A DNA stretch of 64,000 nucleotides from Phoronis australis (lineage: Eukaryota; Animalia; Phoronida): NCBI GenBank assembly GCA_002633005.1, contig NMRA01000005.1, positions 2,188,088-2,252,087 on the forward strand, given 5' to 3'. Positions 50,302 through 61,409 of the stretch are shown one piece after another. Each line of letters starts with the position of its first letter. Within the stretch, counting starts at the first letter, position 1. The notes under the pieces were generated by a model. That model saw nothing but the letters and a program-made list of their open reading frames with translations, was not told the origin of the DNA and did not search any database. A program made the translations under genes and the position numbers.

Positions 50302-51039
50302 TAAAGACATACTCTCCTGGCTGTTTGGCCATGGCCCATCATCAAAAGTTTGAACATTTTCTGTTATAAAGCTCCATAGCATTTGTAAGACTTATCACGC
50401 GTAATCTGCTACTCACATTACACACGTTACTTACAAGCACAACCTCTAACCCAACATCGCAGCCATTCAAATATACAGTAATATTCAACACCATCACTCT
50501 CAAATGCAAGCAGTCTAAAGGCAGCTTTTTTAAAGGAATGTGAATTGCCTAAGCAGTAAAAGACAACTGAGCAAAGCATACGTAATTATACATCACACAG
50601 AAGCTTCATGGTGAACCTTGAGAGCCAAACGTATGTCTGCTAATATCTGCGTCTCAATGAGCTGTAAACAAACCAAAGACTGTACACATTTGGTGGAGAA
50701 AGTATTAAGAATCAAGAAAACCATACAACTGTACATCCAAGTTAAAACAGGTAGTACCAGTACCAGTTGTATTTTAATCATCATGTATAAATTGTCACTA
50801 TAAACCAAACACCCTTTAAAGAAAATGTTTGCACCAAGCTAAGGTTGCCATACTGGGACTACACAAACTGCCCATGCCAGTGTCTGAAGGTCAACGGCCT
50901 GATTGAACTCCTTAACTGCTGTGCAACTGGATATATCATGACTACAAACCAAACTCAAGTTCCAGAGGATCCTCTGCAACAAACTAGGGCTCATGATCGA
51001 ATTACTCCGAACAGCCATCTACATTAGGTGTCTTTCTTT

Positions 51040-54000
51040 GACACAATGACTTCTACTGACGGCGATCGTTCGAAGACAGCAATGTTGCCAGACAATAAGC
51101 GGATATCATTTGGATTTGATGTGCATGTCTGACACGTGTTGCAGCCGGGTCTTCACAATCACCTCCATCAGGTTGTTGATGTAGTCATTGCTCTTAGAAG
51201 CCTTCACCGGCATTAGCAGCCATCTCCCACTCTTCTCTTGAAGATGGCGTGCTCCTTCAGAAAGCGTAATAAATGTTTCAATTTCATAGTCAGAAATTAA
51301 AATGAATGCAGCATTCACTTACCCACATAAAGAGTGTAAAACATTTGATACTCTACCACAATTAGTGTATTTTGCATCTCTTTTGGTATGTTTTCAAAGT
51401 GGCTTCAAACACTGGAAGAAAAACACCCCTTTCGTTATTCAAAGTACAAAAGCATTTCATATAGTTAAAGTTTTTAGAATTTCACACATTTAAAGAAGAG
51501 AGAACAATACACATAAAAGCATTCGTCACAGGGTAGCCAATTGTTCCCCGCAACCTAGGCAGGAGTTCATCCCCGTTTCAAAGAATAGGGCATCCGGGTT
51601 TTCAGGGCATCCATGACCGCGTGACAATGTCTACGACCCCAAGTCAAATTGCTGTTGTAACTTACAGTATGTTTAGGAGGAACCATAGGACTATGATAAA
51701 AATTATCCCATCACGTCTAAAAATGTCTTATTCTGGACAGGCCGGTTAGTTTCCAGTGTTGTTGTTAGTTAAAAGAGACATCAACTCTTACATGTATAAT
51801 ATACTTGGGCGTCAAAATTATGAGCAGGGGATCCAGAAGCTAAGTTGGGTGGCCATGCTAAATTTATGTTGGAGTGTTCATTTGGACAGCCTAAGTGCCT
51901 GCTAGATGAGGGCCTGCGCCTAGGAGTGGCACCCATGGTAGAAGGACACGCAACATTCACAGCTAGGTCACTCCCATTGCCTCAAGATGTGAAAATTTTT
52001 AAGGCTTTCATAATTTCAAATGGTAACGAGTGGGTTTGAAATCAATATTAATGATGTTGTCTCTCAACCTTCGTTTTCCTGTTCATGTGTCTATGAAAAC
52101 AAAAAATAAGATTTATTTTCATGTCCATAAATGTCAATTAAAATGATGTGTGACTTTGAAAATTTGACTAATGCCTGGAGATATCCTAACTGCACATTTG
52201 TATGTATACACAAAGTTTCATACGCACATATTTTCCAAGTAAAATCTTGATTTTCTAAATGTGACTGTGGATTCAAGCTCAAGGTCACCGAAATCGCCTG
52301 GCAATGCCTCATCGGTACGAAACACAAATAAAATTGAGAGCTTCGATCCATTTGAGATAAGGTCCCACATTAGCTATGGACAGACGGTTATGAATACTAT
52401 GTACTCCGCTTCGCATTAACGTGCGGGAGAGGGCAACGAAGCTTTTTTAAATGCGTCCATACTTATGCTACAAAGACTTCAGTAGTTCATCAACGACCTA
52501 TCACAAACATTATTCGTTAATGTAACTACCAGTCTGTACAGACAGCCACTCTGTATACAACCATATGACTAGTTAGCTATGTAGGACCGCGCTGGCCATC
52601 CAGACTAGCACTACATGTAACTACATAGACTGATCCAGCAAAGAATGAAGTGAATTTTCAAAAGATCACAATAAGAACTTGTTAATCAAGGTTTGCTGTT
52701 ATTCCTTAGATAACACCTCAAACTAAGAACTGACAAAGCCAAAGTTAAATTAATGTTTATGATATGTTATGTAAGTGGCCTTATTCACGCTCAGTTCAAA
52801 ACGCGTGGGTTGAACACAACCCCAAGTATTGTCACTAATAGGCACAAAAAATCAAGGAGCTAGGAGCTGTCTTGATTAAAATAGAAACCTATGAGTGCAT
52901 TAAAGGGAATTCTTGCAGTCCTGCAAAATTCTAATCATTGCTAAAAAGTTACACTTTTTGAATAGTGCAGCGAATCTAAAACAAATATTGCCATTGCAAT
53001 CGGATTTCAAATTCCAGAATGATAAAGACATTGGTTTGTATGAATCGTCATCCCGAATAAAATGTCAGCCAGATTACCCGGCACATTGACTGCTGGTGGA
53101 AGTTCAACCCACGATAATTTTTCATGACAATTGAAAGTTCCACCACCAAGCCATTAACATAAGATTGGCACTTAATGGGAAAAACGAAGCTAAACATTCC
53201 AATTATGTGTGCAAATAAGTACAATCGTATGTACAAGCACACACTACCGTCACTAACACCCCTTGACACAGTTTGAGAGTGGGAACATGGGCTATTCTCC
53301 ACAATATTTCGTAAATATGGATGACAGCAAGTGGGACATGTTCTGCAGATTTTTTTTAATAAACGAAGGCTGCACAGCCGTGAAGTCCCTTACCATAACC
53401 TTTTTCACCTTCTTGTATCTGGCTGGCATGAAACACTGCTCATGCACTCTTTTGACAACATCATAGATCTTGAGGTACGAATCTGCACCCGGTTACTGAA
53501 CTGGTTGCCATCATCTTGATGCCCTATAAACAAAGGTGAAAAGGTATAATAGATACAACAAATATACAGGGCACAGTGACAGCAATTAGTACATGCAGCC
53601 AAGTAAAGATTTTATATCCATTCGCAATGGATGCCAGCACTTGTTTTCGTAATCAAACCAGGCGATTTTAAAATCAAATAAAAATATATTCCTTAGTAAG
53701 ATTCATAATCAATGGCTTGAGTCTCAGACACAGTATAACGTTGCTCAAGTGAGGGAGAATATACAAAGTTTTTATTTAGACTTAATCTATTGTATATTTA
53801 ACCACATCAGTGTGAAGCATTGAAATATGCACATGGCTTCGATTATGCCTCAAATGATGAGCTTATGGGGGTGTTTATTAGTACCAAAGAAATGGCCATT
53901 AGATAGCACAGGATCAAGCAAACACGCCAAAAGATACAAAGGGGCTTGAGGTGGTGCAAAGTACATCAAATCTGTTTGAAACGGGATGACGTCTCCTTAA

Positions 54001-55660
54001 TAGGCCAAAGATCATGAGAGTCCATCAAAGAGCTCCTAAGACAGGGGAAAACGTGAATAACTTAAAAGTAAGTCGCAAGAGGGCACAGCGATAGTCGTCA
54101 GAAATTCTTTGACATCAGTCGACAGCTTCATAGGAACTTCCACCACATCTCATTTAGACAGTGTCACCGCCGTAGATGTAAGCTCCTGCAAGAGCTTCAT
54201 ACGCCGGAAGCTTTTTGGCGAATAATATGCCTCACAATCAGATCTAAGATGTCGCCATGGAGGTAAGGAAATTTTTAGTCATGCGAATCATGCTTGGTAC
54301 ATATTTCAACAAAAATAAGACAATTTCAATCTACGGACAGCAAAACAAATCCATCGGGGTCAGGGATCATTGATACAAGTTTACTTGGATGTAACTTAAA
54401 TAATCATGAGAACAGATAGGATGTCAGTGACATTCATCTCCAGAAGATTCAGAAGACGAATATAAACCACCTGTCCTAATCGGTCTTCAGCACAGGATTC
54501 TGCATGTTTTTTTTGTCATAGACGGTACCAACTGTTTTTAGCCTTCACTGTTTCAGCAAGATATTTCTTCATGTGTTCACGATGTATGCTCATTTGTATA
54601 ATCTAGTTAATGAGATAAATCACAAAAGTAGAAAACAAATATACATATAAAAGTTACAACCATCAGTAACCAAGGTGCACTCCTGTGAAAAATACATTTA
54701 TTCAAAAAATTTAGGGATAGAAAAAAATATAAACTGATGGTCTCAAATGCATACTTTAATAGCAATGTAAGGATATTTCATCACTCCAAAATACTCTCTT
54801 CCTTTTTCAGAGGCATATACTAGTGCACTGTCTTGTATGTTTGTTGTATTTCTGAAAATGCAGTTCAAGTATACATTTAACTTAGAAAACTGTTCTTTCA
54901 TTGAATTGTAAAGTAAGGCAAGGGAATCCCAGACCCTTGTCCTTGTTTATGTTGAACTTTATCAAAACGTAGAAAAAAATCAAGTCTGTAACAGCGTAAC
55001 ATCTGTGTCCAAGAACACTAAGAAACAACAAAAAACTGTAAAAATGTTAGAAAAGAATTCCCTATTATAACTCACACAATTCTGGATGAAAAAGCCCTTA
55101 TATTTCCACTTTTAAACTCAAGAAATCTTGCACACTTCCACACACCAAAAGACACGAAACCACGGCGACCGCTTATTCCAATACGGACCAGGAACTGCTT
55201 CCTGTATTAGAATGATGAAGTCACTCCAATACAAGCCATATTCCGACACGGATCGATGCATTTGCATGGCATTCAATACGTGACATTGGGTGTTTAAAGT
55301 GGTTATACACACGCGCTTTACATCAAAAAAACGTCTTTTAATTTAGACCACTGAACGCAATGAAATTCACCTTAGTCAAGTTCGGTATGACTTCAGGGCC
55401 CGGCTGAGACCAGGTTGTACAAGTTAGACTTGATGCCCCCAGCATGTATCAAGAAATAACGAATCAACGTTCTTTGCAAACCCAGAAATCACTTACCATC
55501 TGAGGTAGTGGTCTAAAAAGCAAGTTTACTTCTTGAACAGAGCACTGGCTTATTGCCGATTGAAAACGATTTCAAAAGTGCTTCAAATTTGCACCGCTTC
55601 TTTCTTTAAGTGAATCTTGTTGTTTGCTCCCACGTTGGAAATAACAATGAAGTCTATTCT
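51040..55660 (-). pseudogene. Scattered remnants of a decayed intron-containing transposase-like gene
   Basis: KSGRWLLMPVKASKSNDYINNLMEVIVKTR (51106-51260), PGNLADILFG (~53060-53090), an exon-like block 53393-53523 with acceptor and donor, and a donor at 55492 with a weak PVLCS motif; many stops and frameshifts; resemblance recalled, not searched. Confidence 0.35.
52250..52435 (-). mobile_element. Degenerate 5' end of another HINE/pearl-like element
   Basis: Minus strand: hairpin-like CTCCCGCAC...GCGGAG, then CCGTCTGTCC, then GTGACCTTGA motifs. Confidence 0.4.
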
Positions 55661-57046
55661 TAATGCATCGCTTGGCAATATGTAGAATGAAAGCCGGAAG
55701 ACAAAATGAAAGTACCAATGTCATTGGATGACGTAACAAAAAATAGTCCACGAGACATAGTACATGTACTTGTAATTAAAACGCGCAAATGTGTAAGGTC
55801 AGAAACACAATTGAGCGTGGACACGCCGGTAAAACTTATGTAGTATCGGCGATAATTGTATATAACTTTTTTCTACAATAAACAGTCTAAGATACACTGC
55901 CTCGCATGAATATCTTGGACCCTTGCCAAATTGATTGCGCAGCAAAATTTGTTCAGGAAACTGTCTGACGATTTTGCACAACTTCTAAGATACGTGTCTA
56001 AGATGGCATCTCATGGTAAGTATATGTAATTTATGTCGTTTTATCTTCAACAATTACGAGTAGAAACATCGCAAATACAAACGAGCTAAGTAAAGAACTT
56101 GGAAGTATACGAAAAAGAATAAGAATCGTATTTCACATGTGTAAAATAATGGCGTGCACTTCTTCCATCTTGAAATTGCAGATTTTTATACACGTTATCT
56201 TAATTTATTTCTCTGTTTGGTAAGTATTTATGAGTTTTAAAGACACATACAGGGTCGAGAAGACACGGCAATTTGAAATTAGTTAAAAATTTACACCGCA
56301 TATTTAATATTAGCCCAATATCGAGACCAGTTAAACATACAGACCCATGACTACGATATTGCCATAAAAGTCATGTTACTGTGCGGTTTCCGAGATTATC
56401 AAAGAATGTTTTTTACACTTCAGAACTAAATTTGTTTCTCTTTTGTCACTTTTTGTTGTATAAAAAACTGTACAACTTGATACGGCACAGCAATTCATAG
56501 AATAAAAAGGAAAAGTGAAAGCGGAGACACTTGTGCACCAAGACCTGTTCATTCAGTCCATCAAGTTATTTAAGGCCTCTGGCTCATGGATTATTACATG
56601 ACGAAGTCGTTATCTTGAGCCCGAGTGGATTTTGGAGAATTATCATAATTCTCCGAAAGATAAGGGGATAACGACTGAGAACAAGTAATAATCTATTTAT
56701 ACCACATACTGAACGATAAGCCTTGCAATGATCGATCTGCCTTTTTCTACTAACCTCGGCTTGAGAACTACTTTCTATAACAGAGACTCGAGGTCAGAGG
56801 TCGTGACGTTTTAAGAAACACCGAGTCAGACCCTTGGCTAAGATATCGCCAAAAACGTTTTAACTGTGCAAAAGCAGTAAGATGAAATATATCACCGATA
56901 GTTAGTCTTGGCAATTTCTAGTGCATTCAGCCTATGGAGTATTTTATATGCGCTAACTGCAAAGCGATACCGAAGCTAGTTTACAGTGAAACAACACGTG
57001 TAGCTGAGATAAAAGGTCATATATATTATGACAAACTAAACTACTA

Positions 57047-58002
57047 CATAGGCGGATTTAGGGGGGGCCCCCTTGGCTGCCGCAAAAAAAATAAAACAGC
57101 AAGAGCGTAGGGAAATGTTGAGTTTATTAATTAACCCCGGTAATTAAAATTATACGGATGAAACAAGATTTAAATGTGTGCAGTTTTAGTGTTTGGGGGG
57201 AGGGGGGGCTCAGATCCAATTTCGAGTGTCAAATTCGGAACACGGCGCATTCGTAACGGAACTATGGCCAAGTATAAGCTCTCCCGCGATATCCCAGGCG
57301 ACCGGCAGGGGCGCTGCGCACTACGACTCCGTTTCCGTCGTCTGCTCCACTGTGCAATGAAGAAAATTTGCTTCATTTTTTAAAGAAAATGGAACCTGAG
57401 TGACGATGAAAAAACAGAAACTGCTGGTAAAAAATGTGAATTTTAATCGTGAAATGGTGAATCACTCAGAAAATCATAATTCTCTCTTTGTTAAACCTTA
57501 ACTTAAGACTATTTCCAAAGCAATCCCGTCATTATTGCCAACACGAAAAACGGATTTGGTCTTTTGGGCATTTGAAGACTATTTTAAATACAACAAATTT
57601 GTTAAGAACCGATTGCACAAAATATAAAACGTGTAATAAGCATTACAAAAAGAAGTAGGTTTCGCGCGCAAACGCTGTGGACCATGTACAATTAGGTCTC
57701 CTAGCTCTATATTAGTAGTAAAGTCGTGGTGGTGTAGTGGTAAAGCACGCGCGCTCAAACCGTAAGGTCCTGAGTTCGAGTCTGTGGTACTAACGGTTTT
57801 TCCTGTTTGACACGTTCTCCGTGTTTTTTTGCCTTTTTTCTTGGATAATACTTCAGGAATCAAGGAAAATGCTTGATTTTTAGAGGAAAAAACAGAAAAA
57901 TTCCCATTAGGGTTATACGCATCTACAATCGTGGTTTGCGCAAATGCTTACAGACGGACAAAATGTTGGCCCCCCCCTTGTGATATCCTAGATCCGTCAC
58001 TG
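57047..58002. mobile_element. Non-autonomous DNA transposon (MITE), copy 2, 5-bp TSD
   Basis: Same TIRs (right end GATCCGTCACTG); TACTA on both sides (57042-46, 58003-07). Confidence 0.9.
57723..57795 (+). pseudogene. Degenerate tRNA-like (SINE-head-like) segment inside the MITE; partly deleted counterpart at 11764-11825
   Basis: A box TGGTGTAGTGG, D stem GTGT/GCAC, loop CTCAAAC, B box GTTCGAGTC; anticodon, T and acceptor stems mispaired. Confidence 0.7.
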
Positions 58003-58125
58003 TACTAGAGATATTGATAAATACAAAAGTTATATAATATGTTGAGCTGTAAAGGTGGGTGACAATCTGCCACAGATGCAGCAGAAGGATGCATCCGCCG
58101 CTCTCAAAATATCTGTGTGAACTTG

Positions 58126-58962
58126 TGACAAAGTCATTCGGGAACTGTACTGCCTAACGTACTCTAACAGGTGCATCATAACAAATTCATAATTTCCTTT
58201 TGTAACAGAACAAGTCTCCACTGAGCATCAAAAATGTGAATTTTTCCTCATCAGGCATACGTTCAGTTCAGTTACACATGATGACGATCAATTTCATGTA
58301 GGCAAAGGAAGGAAACACCCTTCTCCTAAGCCTGTCGCTAGCGAAGTGCCCGACACATACAGTCGCGCCCGCATGCCCACGTAACAAAGGCGCACTGAGA
58401 CGCAACAAAGACATTAGCATAAGAATAATTGAACATTTGCAACTGAATAAGAATAACAATAAGCGTAAAGTTACGAACGTCCCGTCACATTCTCCCCCTA
58501 ACAAAAAATGTCGTCCCGACGTCATTAACATACAATATGAAAACAAAGCGCAGTGAAATGGAAATCATTCAGTCTCCTCGTACTGGCTACAGACATCACA
58601 ACGCACATTCCACTTTCAGCACGGCAACGCCTGGCGCGCTCGCAAAAGCAGCAAAACTCAAAATACTAGAGACCTACCAAGTCCCTACCATCCAAGATCT
58701 CCGACTTATTTACAGTTTTAATCGGTCCGGCACCATCTGCCACCCGCACAGAATACACATTATTTCTCCGAAAGACAATACGATAAGGATCTGAACCAAA
58801 TGCATTCTGAAATTTATTCCTCCCTATGATACTGTGGTCTCTCAGAAATACCGTTGCACCAACCGGAAGTAATTGGGCGAACACACGTGTATCATTTCTA
58901 GTCTTATTTCTCTCATTCGAAGTGTCAATAAAATACTGAGCGCTCTGCCAAGCGTCTTTCAT
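58126..58962 (-). mobile_element. Gypsy-like LTR retrotransposon remnant: integrase C-terminus, PPT and 3' LTR (distal LTR end uncertain)
   Basis: ORF 58962-58666 LPVGATVFLRDHSIIGRNKFQNAFGSDPYRIV...VYSVRVADGAGPIKTVNKSEILD resembles the post-integrase GPY/F region; polypurine tract AGGGGGAGAA immediately precedes TGTGACGGGAC (58489 downward). Confidence 0.75.
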
Positions 58963-58964
58963 TG

Positions 58965-60079
58965 CTCTGCGCGTGTAAGCGCAGAGTACTGTTGTTCCTG
59001 GGTTTTCTTCAATTTTATTACTCTGCGCGTGTAAGCGCAGAGTCCTGTTGTTCCTGGGTTTTTACTCTGCGCGTGTAAGCGCAGAGTACTGTTGTTCCTG
59101 GGTTTTCTTCAATTTTATTCTTATTCTTCTTCTTATTCTTCTTCCGACCAACTTTGAGGCTTAATAACTCCAAATTGGGTGCAGGTACTGTCTTTAAATT
59201 CAGCATATGACCTTTGACAGTACATAAATTTTAACTGGTTATATAATCATATTCCATATTGCACCGGAAGAGGTCGTTTGGTGCAAAGGTCATATAATTT
59301 TTCAAAATGCTACTCCTCCTCAGTTTTAAAGCTATCTTTTTCAAATTCAGTGCACAGGTAGAAGTCAACATGACAATTAAAAAATACTTTTCTAAGTAAT
59401 CGGGTCATCCAATCAGGTGAAATAGGTCAAAGGTCATGAGGTGCAAACTAAAATTTGGAGCTAGACACTTCAAATTGACAGGTCTGATTGCCACAGGTAA
59501 ATCAAATCGGAATCCAAAGTTTCAGGTCATTTAGTGCAAACATGGGGTCATTAGATGCATTTTTCTTCTGAAAATTTGACATTTTCAATCAGCAAGTATT
59601 CTGATGTGTCAACCGTCAGACAACTCTGATTCTCAGCGTTAAACACATTTTCCATGGGCTGTGCAATAATTCTACTAAAGATGCTTAAAATGCACCGGAT
59701 AAGGTCAATTAGTGCAAAATGTTATATCTCTCACGTTTTTCAAGGAATTCTTTTCAATTTCAGCACACTGGTGTAAGTGAACATGCCAATTTAGTACCCT
59801 ACTTTACTTCGCAAAAGGCCTAACCAATCAGAAAAAATAGGTCAAAGGTCATTGCGTGCAAAATAAAATTTTGAGCTAGAGACTTCAGAATTACATATCG
59901 GTTTACTAAGTGCGATTGAGTTTGAATTCTAAATTTCCAGGTCATTTGGTGCACCCATGGGGTCATTAGGTGCATTTTCTTCTGAAAGTTTGTCCACTTC
60001 TTTCATTTTTATTTTGAAGTGCTTAAAGTAAAACATTTGTGATTATTAGCATTAACCACACTTTTAATCGAGTTAACAA
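58965..60079 (+). mobile_element. Helentron-associated non-autonomous element (HINE/pearl-like), 3'-truncated; left arm of the foldback
   Basis: Three stacked 5' hairpin modules CTCTGCGC-gtgtaa-GCGCAGAG, a TTC/TTA microsatellite, then two diverged ~430-bp AGGTCA-rich subunits; family assignment is by architecture only. Confidence 0.7.
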
Positions 60080-61377
60080 CTACAAAGATTATTGTCACGG
60101 CGTGACAATAACGGACTCTGCGCGTGCGTATTACTGGAATTATTATGGGAAGTTACTGACAGCAACCCGTTTACCAATATGAAAAGGAATTCATTAAAAT
60201 TTTAGGAGAAATTACATATAAATTTTTGATGACCTTTCCATTAATTGACCTCTTCCGGTGCATTATGAGCCCTGAAGAGGGAGTAATTGTTAACTCGATT
60301 AAAAGTGTGGTTAATGTTAATAATCACAGATGTTTTACTTTAAGCACTTCAGAATACAAGATGAATGAAGTGGTCAAACTTTACGAAGAAAATTGCACCT
60401 AATGACCCCACGGGTGCACCAAATGACCTGAAAATTTGAATTCAAACTCAATTGCACTTAGTAAACAGATACGTAATTCTGAAGTCTAAAAGCTCAAAAT
60501 TTTAGTTTGCACTCAATGACCTTTGACCTATTTTTTTGATTGGTTAGGCCTATTGCCAAGTGAAGTAGGGTATTTATTCAATTGGCATGTTGACTTACAC
60601 CAGTGTGCTGAAATTGAAAAGAATTCCTTGAAAAACGTAAGAGATATAACATTTTGAACGTTATATGACCTTTGCACTAAATGACCTTAACCGGTGCATT
60701 TTAAGCATCTTTAGGATAATTATTGCAAAGCCCATGGAAAATGTGTTTAACGCTGAGAATCACAGTTGTCTAACGGTTGACACATCAGAATACTTGCTGA
60801 TTGAAAAGGTCAAATTTTCAGAAGAAAAATGCACCTAATGACCCCAAGTTTGCAATAAATGACCTGAAACTTTGGATTTCGATTTGATTTACCTGTGGCA
60901 ATCAGACCTGTCAATTTGAAGTGTTTAGCTCAAAATTTTAGTTTGCACCTAATGACCTTTGACCTATTTCACCTGATTGGATGACCCGATTACTTAGAAA
61001 AGTATTTTTTAATTGTCATGTTGACTTCTACCTGTGCACTGAATTTGAAAAAGATAGCTTTAAAACTGAAGGAGGAGTAGCATTTTAAAAATATATGACC
61101 TTTGCACCAAACGACCTCTTCCGGTGCAATAAGGAATATGATTATATAACCAATCAAAATTTCTATACTTTCAAAAGTCATATGCTGAATTTACATACCG
61201 TACCTGCATCCAATTTGGAGTTATAAAGCCTCAAAGTTGGTCGGAAGAAGAATAAGAGGAATAAAATTGAAGAAAACCCAGGAACAACAGTACTCTGCGC
61301 TTACACGCGCATAGTAATAAGAATAAAATTGAAGAAAACCCAGGAACAACAGTACTCTGCGCTTACACGCTCAGAGT
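60080..61377 (-). mobile_element. Apparently complete HINE/pearl-like element in the opposite orientation; right arm of the foldback
   Basis: Two 5' hairpin modules (61262-61377), internal subunits, inverted subterminal repeat CACGCGCAGAGT (60126-60115), 3' stem-loop TTATTGTCAC-n3-GTGACAATAA (60089-60111), ending next to TT. Confidence 0.72.
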
Positions 61378-61409
61378 AATAAGCGTAAAGTTACGAACGT
61401 CCCGTCACA
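61378..61409 (-). mobile_element. First 32 bp of the matching 5' LTR
   Basis: Identical to 58458-58489 (AATAAGCGTAAAGTTACGAACGTCCCGTCACA). Confidence 0.75.

Noticed and set aside
57723-57795. Functional tRNA gene (CAA anticodon)
   Set aside because: Anticodon, T and acceptor stems do not pair properly; lies inside a MITE
58961-59110. CRISPR-like array of palindromic repeats
   Set aside because: Spacers are not unique, no cas genes, eukaryotic context; these are transposon terminal modules
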